A stretch of 55,423 nt of DNA, taken from Thermoanaerobaculia bacterium. Lineage in GTDB: Bacteria > Acidobacteriota > Thermoanaerobaculia > Multivoradales > UBA5704. Shown piece by piece: positions 17,784 through 29,096 of the stretch (its first letter is position 1; each line of letters begins with the position of its first letter). The notes beneath the pieces were generated by a model. That model saw only the letters and a program-made list of their open reading frames with translations. It was not told the DNA's origin and did no database searches. The position numbers were made by a program, and so were the translations under genes. The stretch lies in contig DATDGZ010000306.1 of assembly GCA_036521795.1 (NCBI GenBank), positions 1 to 55,423 of the forward strand, read 5' to 3'.

Positions 17784-17914
17784 CCTCCCGGCCAACCGTC
17801 CCCTCTCCGCCCACCCTCGGCGCTACCCGCGCCTCCTCCCGGCCAACCATCCCCTCTCCGGTGCCCCTCGCCGCTACCCGCGGCTCTCTCCGGCACCCCT
17901 CGCCGCTACCGGCG
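17784..17914. repeat. Intergenic tandem repeat (about 2.6 copies of a roughly 48-51-bp unit) between coxG and coxM
   Basis: CCTCCCGGCCAACCGTCCCCTCTCCGCCCACCCTCGGCGCTACCCGCG is followed by CCTCCCGGCCAACCATCCCCTCTCCGGTGCCCCTCGCCGCTACCCGCG, then a partial copy CTCTCCGGCACCCCTCGCCGCTACCGGCG. Confidence 0.85.
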
Positions 17915-17937
17915 CCTCGTTCGGAAAGGAGCCATCG

Positions 17938-18810
17938 ATGATTCCCGCAGCCTTCGATTACCACGCGCCGCGGACGCTGGACGAGGCGCTGGCGCTGCTC
18001 GCGGAGCACCGCGACGACGCCAAGGTGCTCTCCGGCGGGCAGAGCCTGCTGCCGCTGATGAAGCTGCGGCTGGGGGGGGCCGCGCACCTGGTCGACATCG
18101 GGCGCATCCCCGGCCTCGAATACATCCGCGAGGAGGGGGGATCGCTCAGGATCGGCGGCCGCACGCGCGAGGCGGAGCTCGAGCGTTCCGAGCTGATCCA
18201 CGCCAAGCTGCCGCTGCTCGCCGACACCGCGGCGGTGATCGCCGATCCGCTGGTGCGCAACCTGGCGACGGTGGGCGGCAACCTGGCGCACGGCGATCCC
18301 GCCAACGATCATCCAGCCGCCATGCTGGCGCTGCGCGCCGAGGTGGTGGCGACCGGACCGCGCGGCACGCGGACGATCCCGATCGACGAGCTCTTCGTCG
18401 GCCTGTTCGCGACAGCGCTCGACGCCGGGGAGATCCTGACCGAGATCCGCATCCCGCTGCCGCCGCCCCGCAGCGGCGGCGCCTACGAGAAGCTCGAGCG
18501 CAAGGTGGGCGACTTCGCCACCGCCGCCGCCGCGGTGCAGGTCACGCTGGGCGCCCGCGGTGCGGTCGAGAAGGCCGGCATCGCCCTGACCAACGCCGGT
18601 CCGACGCCGGTGCGCGCCGCCGAGGCCGAGCGCTACCTGGTGGGCAAGCAGCCGTCCGACGCGGCGATCGCCGAGGCGGCGCGCCTGGCGGGGGCGGCGG
18701 CGGCGCCGAGCGCCGACCGGCGCGGCAAGGTCGAATACAAGCGCGAGATGGCGCGCGTCCTCACCGCCCGGGCCCTGCGCCGGGCCATCCAGCGGGCCAA
18801 GGAGCACTAG
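17938..18810 (+). CDS. coxM: CO dehydrogenase medium (FAD-binding) subunit
   Basis: [21 protein letters not shown]...[17 protein letters not shown]...[22 protein letters not shown] is the FAD_binding_5 / CO_deh_flav_C pattern. Confidence 0.92.
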   Translation: MIPAAFDYHAPRTLDEALALLAEHRDDAKVLSGGQSLLPLMKLRLGGAAHLVDIGRIPGLEYIREEGGSLRIGGRTREAELERSELIHAKLPLLADTAAVIADPLVRNLATVGGNLAHGDPANDHPAAMLALRAEVVATGPRGTRTIPIDELFVGLFATALDAGEILTEIRIPLPPPRSGGAYEKLERKVGDFATAAAAVQVTLGARGAVEKAGIALTNAGPTPVRAAEAERYLVGKQPSDAAIAEAARLAGAAAAPSADRRGKVEYKREMARVLTARALRRAIQRAKEH

Positions 18811-18812
18811 CC

Positions 18813-19304
<492 letters not shown>

Positions 19305-19316
19305 GGAGAGAGAGCC

Positions 19317-21683
<2,367 letters not shown>

Positions 21684-21697
21684 CGCGGCGGGGGCGC

Positions 21698-21732
21698 GGA
21701 GTAGTGTCCTTGTTGCTAGCCAGGACACCACC
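21698..21732. repeat. Imperfect palindromic element (copy 1 of the GTAGTGTCCTG...CAGGACAC family), possible coxL terminator hairpin
   Basis: GGAGTAGTGTCCTTG-ttgctagc-CAGGACACCACC starts 15 nt after the coxL stop. It shares its core with the copies at 31483 and 36271. Confidence 0.6.
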
Positions 21733-21813
21733 ATCGATGCCTCTGCATATGTGCAGGTTCGGCTTTGATCCCGCCGCGCTTTGGACTAAGATCGCGCCGA
21801 CCTGAACCCACGT

Positions 21814-22443
21814 ATGCTCTACCAGATCCTTTTCCTGGTTCTCGGTTGGATCCTGGGCTTGCTCAGCCCCGTTGTTGCCGACTTCTTTACGAAAAAGCGC
21901 CGCCTGGCGGAGATGCGGCGCGGCCTGCTCGTCGAGCTGGCTGAAGTGAGGTTCAGCCTAGCCAGCACGACGCTGGCGGTGGCAGGCACGATCGGCGCCT
22001 GGGACAGGCACTACCTCGAGTGGTTGAAGTCGGTCCTCGAAGCGTATCGCGGCGCGCGCGACGAGGACCGCAAGCAGCTGCAGGGCACGGTGGCCGGGCT
22101 GCTGAACCTGGACGACCAGCAGCTCGACGCGGCGGCCAGGTCGGCGGGATCGCCGGTCTCCCCCGCGCTCAGGAAATACCGTCTGCCTTACCTGGAATCG
22201 ACGATGGATCAAGTTGCCACCCTGGGTCCGGGTGCGCAACGGCAGCTGCTCGAGATCCAGGCCCAGGTCGGCGTGATCAACGACCTGCTGGACGACATCC
22301 GCTTCTGCCTCGGGAAGAGCTTCGATTCGCTCCCTCCCTCCACGCGCCAGGCCATCGACGCCAGTCTGCAGAACTCCTACCGCGCGGTCCTGCACTCCTC
22401 GCAACAGACGGCCGACCTGATCGGCAACCTGAAGCTCGCCTGA
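21814..22443 (+). CDS. Hypothetical membrane-anchored protein
   Basis: 209-aa ORF with one N-terminal TM helix (LYQILFLVLGWILGLLSPVVADFF) and a helical remainder. No motif recognised, no obvious SD, and somewhat lower G+C than the flanks. Confidence 0.5.
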   Translation: MLYQILFLVLGWILGLLSPVVADFFTKKRRLAEMRRGLLVELAEVRFSLASTTLAVAGTIGAWDRHYLEWLKSVLEAYRGARDEDRKQLQGTVAGLLNLDDQQLDAAARSAGSPVSPALRKYRLPYLESTMDQVATLGPGAQRQLLEIQAQVGVINDLLDDIRFCLGKSFDSLPPSTRQAIDASLQNSYRAVLHSSQQTADLIGNLKLA

Positions 22444-22506
22444 AGTCTGGGAGGGTCCGGGGCTGGAGGGGGCTTGCCAACTATATCCGTAGCGGTTATA
22501 GTCGGC

Positions 22507-22872
22507 ATGGAGATAGATGGCATGACTGAACCTGGCGCGCTCTCGCCCCTGCAGCCGGCGGCATTCCATATCTTGCTGGCGCTGGCGGATGGGGACCGGC
22601 ATGGGTACGCGGTCATCCAGGAGGTCGAGGCGCGGACCGGGGGCAAGGTGCGGCTGAGCGCGGGGACGCTCTACCGGTCGATCCAGCGGCTGCTCGAGCA
22701 GGGGCTGATCGCCGAGGTGAAGGAACGGCCGCTGCCGGAGCTGGACGACGAGCGCCGGCGGTATTACCGGATCACGCCTCTCGGGATCGCGACGGCGCGA
22801 GCGGAGGCGCGGCGGCTGGCGCAGCTGGTGGACATGGCACGCGCGCGCGGACTGGCGCCGGGGAGGGCTTGA
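22507..22872 (+). CDS. PadR family transcriptional regulator
   Basis: FHILLALADGDRHGYAVIQEVEARTGGKVRLSAGTLYRSIQRLLEQGLI...RRYYRITPLG is the PadR winged helix. The start could be 22507 or 22522. Confidence 0.88.
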   Translation: MEIDGMTEPGALSPLQPAAFHILLALADGDRHGYAVIQEVEARTGGKVRLSAGTLYRSIQRLLEQGLIAEVKERPLPELDDERRRYYRITPLGIATARAEARRLAQLVDMARARGLAPGRA

Positions 22873-25463
22873 TGATGCGCCTCTACCGGGCCCTGTTGAC
22901 GGTCTATCCGGCTTCGTTTCGCCGCCAGTATGGGGCCGAGATGCTCGGCATCTTCGCGCGGCGCCGGCGCGAGGCGGCGGGGCCGCTGGCGGTCGTGGGA
23001 TTGTGGGCGGCGACGCTCGGCGAGGTGCTCGGCAACGCCGCCGCGGTGCACTGGGACCTCCTGCGGCAGGACCTGCGCTACACCGCGCGCGGGGTGCGGC
23101 GGGCGCCCGGGTTCGCGGCCACCGTGCTGCTGGTGGTGGCGCTCGGGATCGGCGCCAACACGGCGGCGTTCACGGTCACCGACTTCGTCCTGGTCCGGCC
23201 GCTGCCGTTCCAGGAGCCCGAGCGGTTGGTGAAGCTCTGGGAGAGCCGCCCCGGCTATGAGTGGATGGAGCCGTCTCCGGCCAATTACCGCGACTGGAAG
23301 CGGATGAGCTCTGCCTTCGAGAGCATGGGCGCCTTCACCGGCACCTCGGTGAACCTCGTCGGCCATGGGGACCCGGTGCGGCTGGCTGGCGCGGAGGTCA
23401 CCGCGGAGGTGCTGCCGCTGCTCGGGGTGCGGCCGCTTCTCGGCCGCTTCTTCACCGCCGCCGAGGACCGCCCCGGCAGTGGCGGGACGGTGCTCCTGAG
23501 CTATCGCCTGTGGCAGGACGAGCTGGGCGGCGACGCCCACGCGCTCGGGCGCCGGGTGACCCTGGACGGCGCGCCCTTCGTGGTCATCGGCGTCATGCCG
23601 CGGGATTTCCATTTCCCCGACACGCGGGCGCGGTTCTGGATGCCGGCGCGGCTTCGCGACCAGGACTTCCTCGACCGCAACGACAACTGGCTCGAGGTGG
23701 TGGCGAAGCGCAAGCGCGGCATCTCGCTCGCCGCGGCAAGGGCGGAGATGACGGTGGTCGCGGCCCGCCTCGAGCGCCAGTATCCGAAGGAGGACGCGCG
23801 CACCGGCGCCCTGGTCATCGGCCTGCGCGAGGAGCTCTCGCAGCAGTCGCGCCTGCTGCTGCTGGCGCTCTCCGGCGCGGCGCTCTGCGTGCTGCTGATC
23901 GCCTGCGCGAACCTCGCGGGCCTGCTGCTGGCACGGGCGCTGGCCCGCCGGCAGGAGCTCGAAGTGCGGGCCGCCCTCGGCGCGGGCCGCGAGCGGCTGC
24001 TGCGGCAGCTGCTGACCGAGAGCCTGGTGCTCGCGATGCTGGGCGGTGCGCTCGGGATCCTGGTGGCGGGCGCGGCGGTGCCGCTGCTGGCACGGCTTTC
24101 CCCGGCGTCGCTGCCGATCGCCCAGGCGCCGGCGATCGACCTGCGCGTGCTGCTCTTCGCCGTCCTGCTCACCGCTGCGACCGGCATCGGCTTCGGCCTG
24201 GTGCCCGCGCTGCGCGCCTGCCGCGAGGCCGGCTTCGCGGCCTTGCGGGAAGGGGGTGCGCGCGGCGGCGGCGGGCGCCGGGAGAGGCTGCGCGCCGCGC
24301 TGGTCATGGTCGAGGTGACCGCGTCGGTGGTGCTGCTGATCTCGTCGGGGTTGCTCATCCGGGCGCTGTGGCGGTTGCAGGCGACCGACCCCGGTTTCCG
24401 CGCCCAGGGCGTGCTGACACTGCGCACCGCGCTGCCGACGCCGAAGTACGCGTCGACGGCCCGCCGGGCGGCGTTCTACCAGCACGTGCTCACCGGTGCC
24501 CGCGCGCTGCCGGGCGTCCAGGGCGCGGCCTACGCCAGCTTCTTGCCGATGGTGCATTCCGGCGGCATCTTCCCGGTCGCGCTCGAGGGGCAGCCGTTGC
24601 AGCGCGAGGCGGCGACGGCGGCGAGCCTGCGCTTCGTGACTCCCGGCTACTTCGCGGCGATGGGAATTCCCCTGCGCCGGGGACGGGAGGTGAACGAGGC
24701 GGACGCCCGCGAGCGTCCTGCCGTGGCCGTGGTCAGCGATTCCTTCGTGCGCCGCTACTGGCCGGACCAGGACCCGCTGGGCCGCCACTTCCAATTCGCC
24801 TTCGGCGAGCGCACGGTGGTCGGCGTGGTCGGCGACGTGCGGGTCCGCGGACTGGACCGCAGCAGCGAGCCGCAGGTCTACCTGCCCTACCTGCAGGTGC
24901 CGGACGGCGCGCTGGCGTATTACGCGCCGAGGGACCTGGTGGTGCGCTCGGCGGCGAGCGTCGAGGCCCTGCTGCCGCCCCTGCGCCAGATCATCCGCGA
25001 AGCGGACCCGGAGCAACCGGTCTCGGAGGTGCGGACGCTGGCCGCCATCGTCGCCGAGCAGACCGCATCGCGCTCGCTGCAGCTCAGGGTGCTGGGAGCG
25101 TTCGCCGCCATCGCCTTCCTGCTCGCCGGCATCGGCATCCACGGGCTGCTCGCCTGCGCGGTGTCGCAGCGGGCGCGCGAGATCGGGGTGCGGCGAGCCC
25201 TGGGCGCCCAATCGGCCGACATCCTGACCATGGTCCTGCGGAGCGGGGTGCTGACCGCGGCGATAGGCCTGGTCCCCGGCTTGGCGCTCGCCTACGGTGC
25301 GGGAAGGGCCATGGAAGCGCTCCTCGCCGGGGTCGAGCCCGGCGACGCGCCGACGTTCGCGGCCGCGGCGGCCCTGTGCCTGCTGATGACGGTGTCGGGC
25401 AGCATCGTACCCGCGCTGCGCGCCCTGCGCGTGGACCCGATGACGGTGGTGCGGACGGAGTAG
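22869..25463 (+). CDS. Duplicated FtsX/MacB-type ABC permease (ADOP family)
   Basis: ATGA overlap with padR. N-terminus LYRALLTVYPASFRRQYGAEM...LRQDLRYTARGVRRAPGFAATVLLVVALGIGANTAAF, with two MacB_PCD plus FtsX halves in 864 aa. PadR followed by this permease is a recurring pairing. Confidence 0.88.
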   Translation: MMMRLYRALLTVYPASFRRQYGAEMLGIFARRRREAAGPLAVVGLWAATLGEVLGNAAAVHWDLLRQDLRYTARGVRRAPGFAATVLLVVALGIGANTAAFTVTDFVLVRPLPFQEPERLVKLWESRPGYEWMEPSPANYRDWKRMSSAFESMGAFTGTSVNLVGHGDPVRLAGAEVTAEVLPLLGVRPLLGRFFTAAEDRPGSGGTVLLSYRLWQDELGGDAHALGRRVTLDGAPFVVIGVMPRDFHFPDTRARFWMPARLRDQDFLDRNDNWLEVVAKRKRGISLAAARAEMTVVAARLERQYPKEDARTGALVIGLREELSQQSRLLLLALSGAALCVLLIACANLAGLLLARALARRQELEVRAALGAGRERLLRQLLTESLVLAMLGGALGILVAGAAVPLLARLSPASLPIAQAPAIDLRVLLFAVLLTAATGIGFGLVPALRACREAGFAALREGGARGGGGRRERLRAALVMVEVTASVVLLISSGLLIRALWRLQATDPGFRAQGVLTLRTALPTPKYASTARRAAFYQHVLTGARALPGVQGAAYASFLPMVHSGGIFPVALEGQPLQREAATAASLRFVTPGYFAAMGIPLRRGREVNEADARERPAVAVVSDSFVRRYWPDQDPLGRHFQFAFGERTVVGVVGDVRVRGLDRSSEPQVYLPYLQVPDGALAYYAPRDLVVRSAASVEALLPPLRQIIREADPEQPVSEVRTLAAIVAEQTASRSLQLRVLGAFAAIAFLLAGIGIHGLLACAVSQRAREIGVRRALGAQSADILTMVLRSGVLTAAIGLVPGLALAYGAGRAMEALLAGVEPGDAPTFAAAAALCLLMTVSGSIVPALRALRVDPMTVVRTE

Positions 25464-25711
25464 GGGCGGAGGGGACATGGCGGACCTGATCGGGTAGGCT
25501 GAGCTGGGCTGAAGGCCGAACAGGCTAGTGCGGGAGCGCTGCCAGCGCCAGTCAATCGAGCTCGGTCCAGTGGAGCCACGTAGCGATACCGGGCTGACTC
25601 TTGCCCGAGACGAAAGCGAGGAAATGCATGGGAACTGGAGGCGGGGGTGTTGCCCGCATTCGGCCTCAAGACGGCCCTGAGGGCCAATAACAGTTGAGAA
25701 TCCCTCTCGGC

Positions 25712-25739
25712 TTGACAGTGCCCGAGAAGGGAGTAGCAT
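25712..25739 (+). promoter_or_regulatory. Sigma70-like promoter candidate (TTGACA-N16-TAGCAT) for the island genes
   Basis: cTTGACAgtgcccgagaagggagTAGCATgc, read directly about 25 nt upstream of the AGGTGGA SD and the ATG at 25765. Confidence 0.4.
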
Positions 25740-25764
25740 GCTAGCAGATTAGGTGGAACCGTCT

Positions 25765-26580
25765 ATGATGGTGGCGGGGTCAAGTCCATATGGGAAATGT
25801 CGACTTGAGCCCGTGCCTGAGGCCGGAGTGAGCCGGCTGCGTGGAAGCACTAGTCATTTCCATGTTTACTGCGAGGATGCTCTCGGGACAGCCGGTGTGC
25901 GTCTCGCCGACGGCATCTTGGCTGCATGTGAGGCTGACTACGAGAGGTTCCGAAACTGGTTTGGCGTCACTCCTGCAGGCTTGCCGTTCGAGGTCTATCT
26001 CGTAGGTGGCGACTTTGGCGCCAAGCATGCTACCTGCGCCGCGACTAAGATGACCTGCGCCGCCTTCGACGGCCACGATGTCAACTTGGTGAGGATGCTC
26101 GTGGCTGCTGAAGAGGTTGAGGTGTTTTCGGCAGCGCTGAATGGCGGCTGGAATTGTGCGACGAGTTCCGGAGAGGGACTCTCGCGAGTTCTCGCGGCGG
26201 AGACCGTTCCGAACGGCATCTCCGGATTCGCCACTGCCGCGTGCTGGCTAGACACTCCAGACCGCCCAGACTTCGTCTCCTGCAACTACCCAAACGACGC
26301 TCACCTCGTCTCGATCGGATGCTCGACTCTTTTTCTCAACTACCTTAGGTACCAGCTAGGGTTCAGCTGGACGGAGATCATTCGGAAGGGTGGCTCAACG
26401 TTGGCGTCGACCTATCACCGCTTGGCTAATCGGATGGACGCGTTCGGTCCCTTCGCAACGCTGCTGGAATCATTTTTCCCACCCGGCGCACGGGCGCTGT
26501 TGCTTAGCGACAACCCGTTCCCGCTCCCGCTTGACGCTAACGCTAAACGCCGCGCACCGATGACACTGGCAAGTGTGTGA
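25765..26580 (+). CDS. Hypothetical Cys-rich protein (ORFan A of the low-G+C island)
   Basis: ATG at 25765 is preceded by AGGTGGA at 7-nt spacing; the track's alternative GTG start is 25753. No signal peptide and no domain I can name. Conserved-looking blocks are HFHVYCEDALG, GGDFGAKHATCAA, AAEEVEVFSAA, SSGEGLSRVLA and GCSTLFLNYLRYQLG. Confidence 0.6.
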   Translation: MMVAGSSPYGKCRLEPVPEAGVSRLRGSTSHFHVYCEDALGTAGVRLADGILAACEADYERFRNWFGVTPAGLPFEVYLVGGDFGAKHATCAATKMTCAAFDGHDVNLVRMLVAAEEVEVFSAALNGGWNCATSSGEGLSRVLAAETVPNGISGFATAACWLDTPDRPDFVSCNYPNDAHLVSIGCSTLFLNYLRYQLGFSWTEIIRKGGSTLASTYHRLANRMDAFGPFATLLESFFPPGARALLLSDNPFPLPLDANAKRRAPMTLASV

Positions 26581-26646
26581 GTCCTATTCTAAAGTGATAG
26601 AGATGGAGTCGCTAGAGAACCTTAGCTGTAAGAAAGGAGCGACAAC

Positions 26647-27576
26647 ATGAGCATTGCAACCTTTACGCTGCGCATTCATTTCACGGGGATATGCGCGCTG
26701 GTACCGAATGATCCCGATCCCGAGTTGGCAACTAGCATGTACGTTGTACTTCCCGGCTGCGAGAATGTATCAGGCCGTGTCGCCGCGGATGGAAGTGTCC
26801 TGCGCACGCACAGGCCGATCGTGCGCTTCCGTGCCTGCAACCTGCTTGGCGTTGAAGGCGTTCCCGGCCTGACCGTGACGTGGCCGATCCACGGCAAGCG
26901 CTTGACGATCGCAGCAAGAGGATCAAGTTCTGCCGTCAATGACTTCCATATCGTGACGCAAGGCGAGACGAGCATCTACAACTTGGTCCATCTGGATCGA
27001 GTCGCACCTGACTTCGGTATTCTCGACTCCATTCACATTGCCTCCGCTCCATCCGAACTCGTGCAGGCCCAGGTGTTTGTCCAGCAAGGCAGGTTATGTG
27101 CGGGGTTGCCGCTTGCGCCCTGGCGGTTTCCAGCGACGCTTGTATCGGAGTCGCTGAGGTTACCGCTCGCTCAGAAAGCCCTGTTGGAGCTAACCGGCCT
27201 ACATGCCGCCGACCTGGTGGCCGAGTCGTTGCGCGGCGAAGCGAATGAGGTGCTGCGTCTTGCGCCTGGCCTTGGGGACACGGAGGTAGATGGCGAACCA
27301 GTCGTTGAGGTGACCATCGCCAACTTCTGCGGTGAAGATAGTGGCAAGAGCCTCGCTCCTCTTCCTGACGAGGACTTCAAATGGTACTTCCAGCTGGTGC
27401 CAAGTTCTCTCCAGGAACCACTGAGGACTCGTCTTGACGGGCTGCCGTTGCCGATTCCTTATCCCATCCTGGAAGACAGTCATTTCATTAACTATGGCAA
27501 TTGCTACCCCGCGGTTATCCACACGATAAAGCGGCTCGTAGACGCGGTCATGGGGAAGGGTGCGCAGGGGGACTAA
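26647..27576 (+). CDS. Hypothetical protein (ORFan B of the low-G+C island)
   Basis: Strong SD: AGAAAGGAGcgacaacATG. 309 aa, no TM helix or signal peptide, no recognisable motif. The N-terminus is FTLRIHFTGICALVPNDP. Confidence 0.6.
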   Translation: MSIATFTLRIHFTGICALVPNDPDPELATSMYVVLPGCENVSGRVAADGSVLRTHRPIVRFRACNLLGVEGVPGLTVTWPIHGKRLTIAARGSSSAVNDFHIVTQGETSIYNLVHLDRVAPDFGILDSIHIASAPSELVQAQVFVQQGRLCAGLPLAPWRFPATLVSESLRLPLAQKALLELTGLHAADLVAESLRGEANEVLRLAPGLGDTEVDGEPVVEVTIANFCGEDSGKSLAPLPDEDFKWYFQLVPSSLQEPLRTRLDGLPLPIPYPILEDSHFINYGNCYPAVIHTIKRLVDAVMGKGAQGD

Positions 27577-27639
27577 AGGTCGACCATCATCGCAGTCCAC
27601 ATTGATCGTCAATATTGGGGGACGCACGGGCCGGCGCCG

Positions 27640-28040
27640 TCATCGTCGGTCTGGGCGACGAGTTCTCGCAGCCGCCGACATCCAGACGATGATCCCGTCG
27701 GCCTTGACCTTCGACCCGTCCACCACCTGCGGGCCCAGCCGCACCACCCGGCCTCCCGAGCGATCCGCACCACCTGCACGAACAGCTCCCCAAACGCCTT
27801 CAGGTGCTCCTGGCGGAACTCGCAGATCGTTCGATGGGCCGGAAAGTTGCCTGCTGCCAACACCCGGTAGGCCACGTCCTCCTCCAGCTTGCGGGCGATC
27901 CGCCGCGACGAGAACGTTCCCGTCGCGTGGGCGTAGAGCAGCACCTTGACCATCATCGCCGGATCGAACGCCTGGTTGCGCCGACCGTCCCCTTCGTAGG
28001 GCGCATAGAAGGCACTCCGATCCAGGGTATCGACGGCTGC
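27640..28040 (-). pseudogene. Decayed IS5/IS1182-type (DUF772 N-domain) transposase remnant
   Basis: The minus strand reads VDTLDRSAFYAPYEGDGRRNQAFDPAMMVKVLLYAHATGTFSSRRIARKLEEDVAYRVLAAGNFPAHRTICEFRQEHLKAFGELFVQVVRIAREAG. After a frameshift it continues LVRLGPQVVDGSKVKADG and then loses similarity. There is no start codon for the N-terminus and the catalytic DDE part is absent. Confidence 0.75.
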
Positions 28041-28093
28041 GGTTATGATTCTTGCCGCCGCACTGCTTCACCGCCGGTGCGTGGGAGGTACCG

Positions 28094-29086
28094 ATGACCA
28101 CCGCCGCAGCTTCTCGTCTCTCGGTGTCGCTGGCGGACGTGCGCGCGGCGCACGAGCGGATCGCGGGGCGGGTCCATCGGACGCCGGTCCTCGCGTCGCG
28201 CCAGCTGGACGCGCTCACGGGCTGCCGGATGTTCTTCAAGTGCGAGCTGTTCCAGCGGGGGGGCTCGTTCAAGGCGCGGGGAGCGTTCTCGCGCCTGACG
28301 CTGCTGGCTCCCGCGGAGCGCGCGGGCGGGGTGGTGGCGTTCTCGTCCGGCAACCATGCGCAGGCGGTGGCGCTGGCGGCGCGCGAGCTGGGGATGCGGG
28401 CGACGATCGTGATGCCGACCGACGCGCCGGCGATCAAGGTCGCGGCGACCCGCGGCTACGGGGCGCGCGTGGTGCCGTACGACCGGGCCTCCGGGGACCG
28501 CGAGGAGATGGCGCGGCGGATCGTGGCCGAGGAAGGGGCGGTGCTGGTGCCGCCGTTCGACGACGACGCGGTGATCGCCGGACAGGGGACGCTGGCGCTC
28601 GAGCTGCTCGACGAGGTGCCCGACCTGGACGCGGTGGTGGCTCCCTGCGGCGGCGGCGGGCTGCTGTCCGGCATCGCGGTCGCGGGGCGAGGGGTGCGGC
28701 CAGGGCTGCGGGTCTTCGGGGTGGAGCCCGAGGCGGGCGACGACATGAAGCGCTCGCTCGCCGCCGGCGAGCCGGTCAGCGTGCCGCTGCCGGCGACGAT
28801 CGCCGACGCGCTGATGACGATGCGGCCGGCGGCGCGCACGCTGGCGATCGTGCGGGCGCTGGCCGAGGACGTCCTGACCGTCTCCGACCTCGAGCTGCGC
28901 CGGGCGATGGCGCTGCTCGCCTCGCGGCTGAAGCTGATCGTCGAGCCCGGCGGGGCGGCCGGGTTCGCGGCGCTCCTGCATGGCAAGGTCCCAGGGGTCG
29001 CCTGGCGGCGGATCGGGGTCGTGCTCTCAGGAGGCAACGTCGACCTCGAGCGATTCGGGAGCCTGGTCGCGGGCCTCCCGTCCTGA
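28094..29086 (+). CDS. PLP-dependent threonine/serine dehydratase-like enzyme (threonine ammonia-lyase / serine racemase family)
   Basis: SD GGGAGG lies before the ATG at 28094. FFKCELFQRGGSFKARGA carries the PLP lysine, with SSGNHAQAVA and APCGGGGLLSG further on. Confidence 0.88.
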   Translation: MTTAAASRLSVSLADVRAAHERIAGRVHRTPVLASRQLDALTGCRMFFKCELFQRGGSFKARGAFSRLTLLAPAERAGGVVAFSSGNHAQAVALAARELGMRATIVMPTDAPAIKVAATRGYGARVVPYDRASGDREEMARRIVAEEGAVLVPPFDDDAVIAGQGTLALELLDEVPDLDAVVAPCGGGGLLSGIAVAGRGVRPGLRVFGVEPEAGDDMKRSLAAGEPVSVPLPATIADALMTMRPAARTLAIVRALAEDVLTVSDLELRRAMALLASRLKLIVEPGGAAGFAALLHGKVPGVAWRRIGVVLSGGNVDLERFGSLVAGLPS

Positions 29087-29096
29087 AAAGGCCCGC

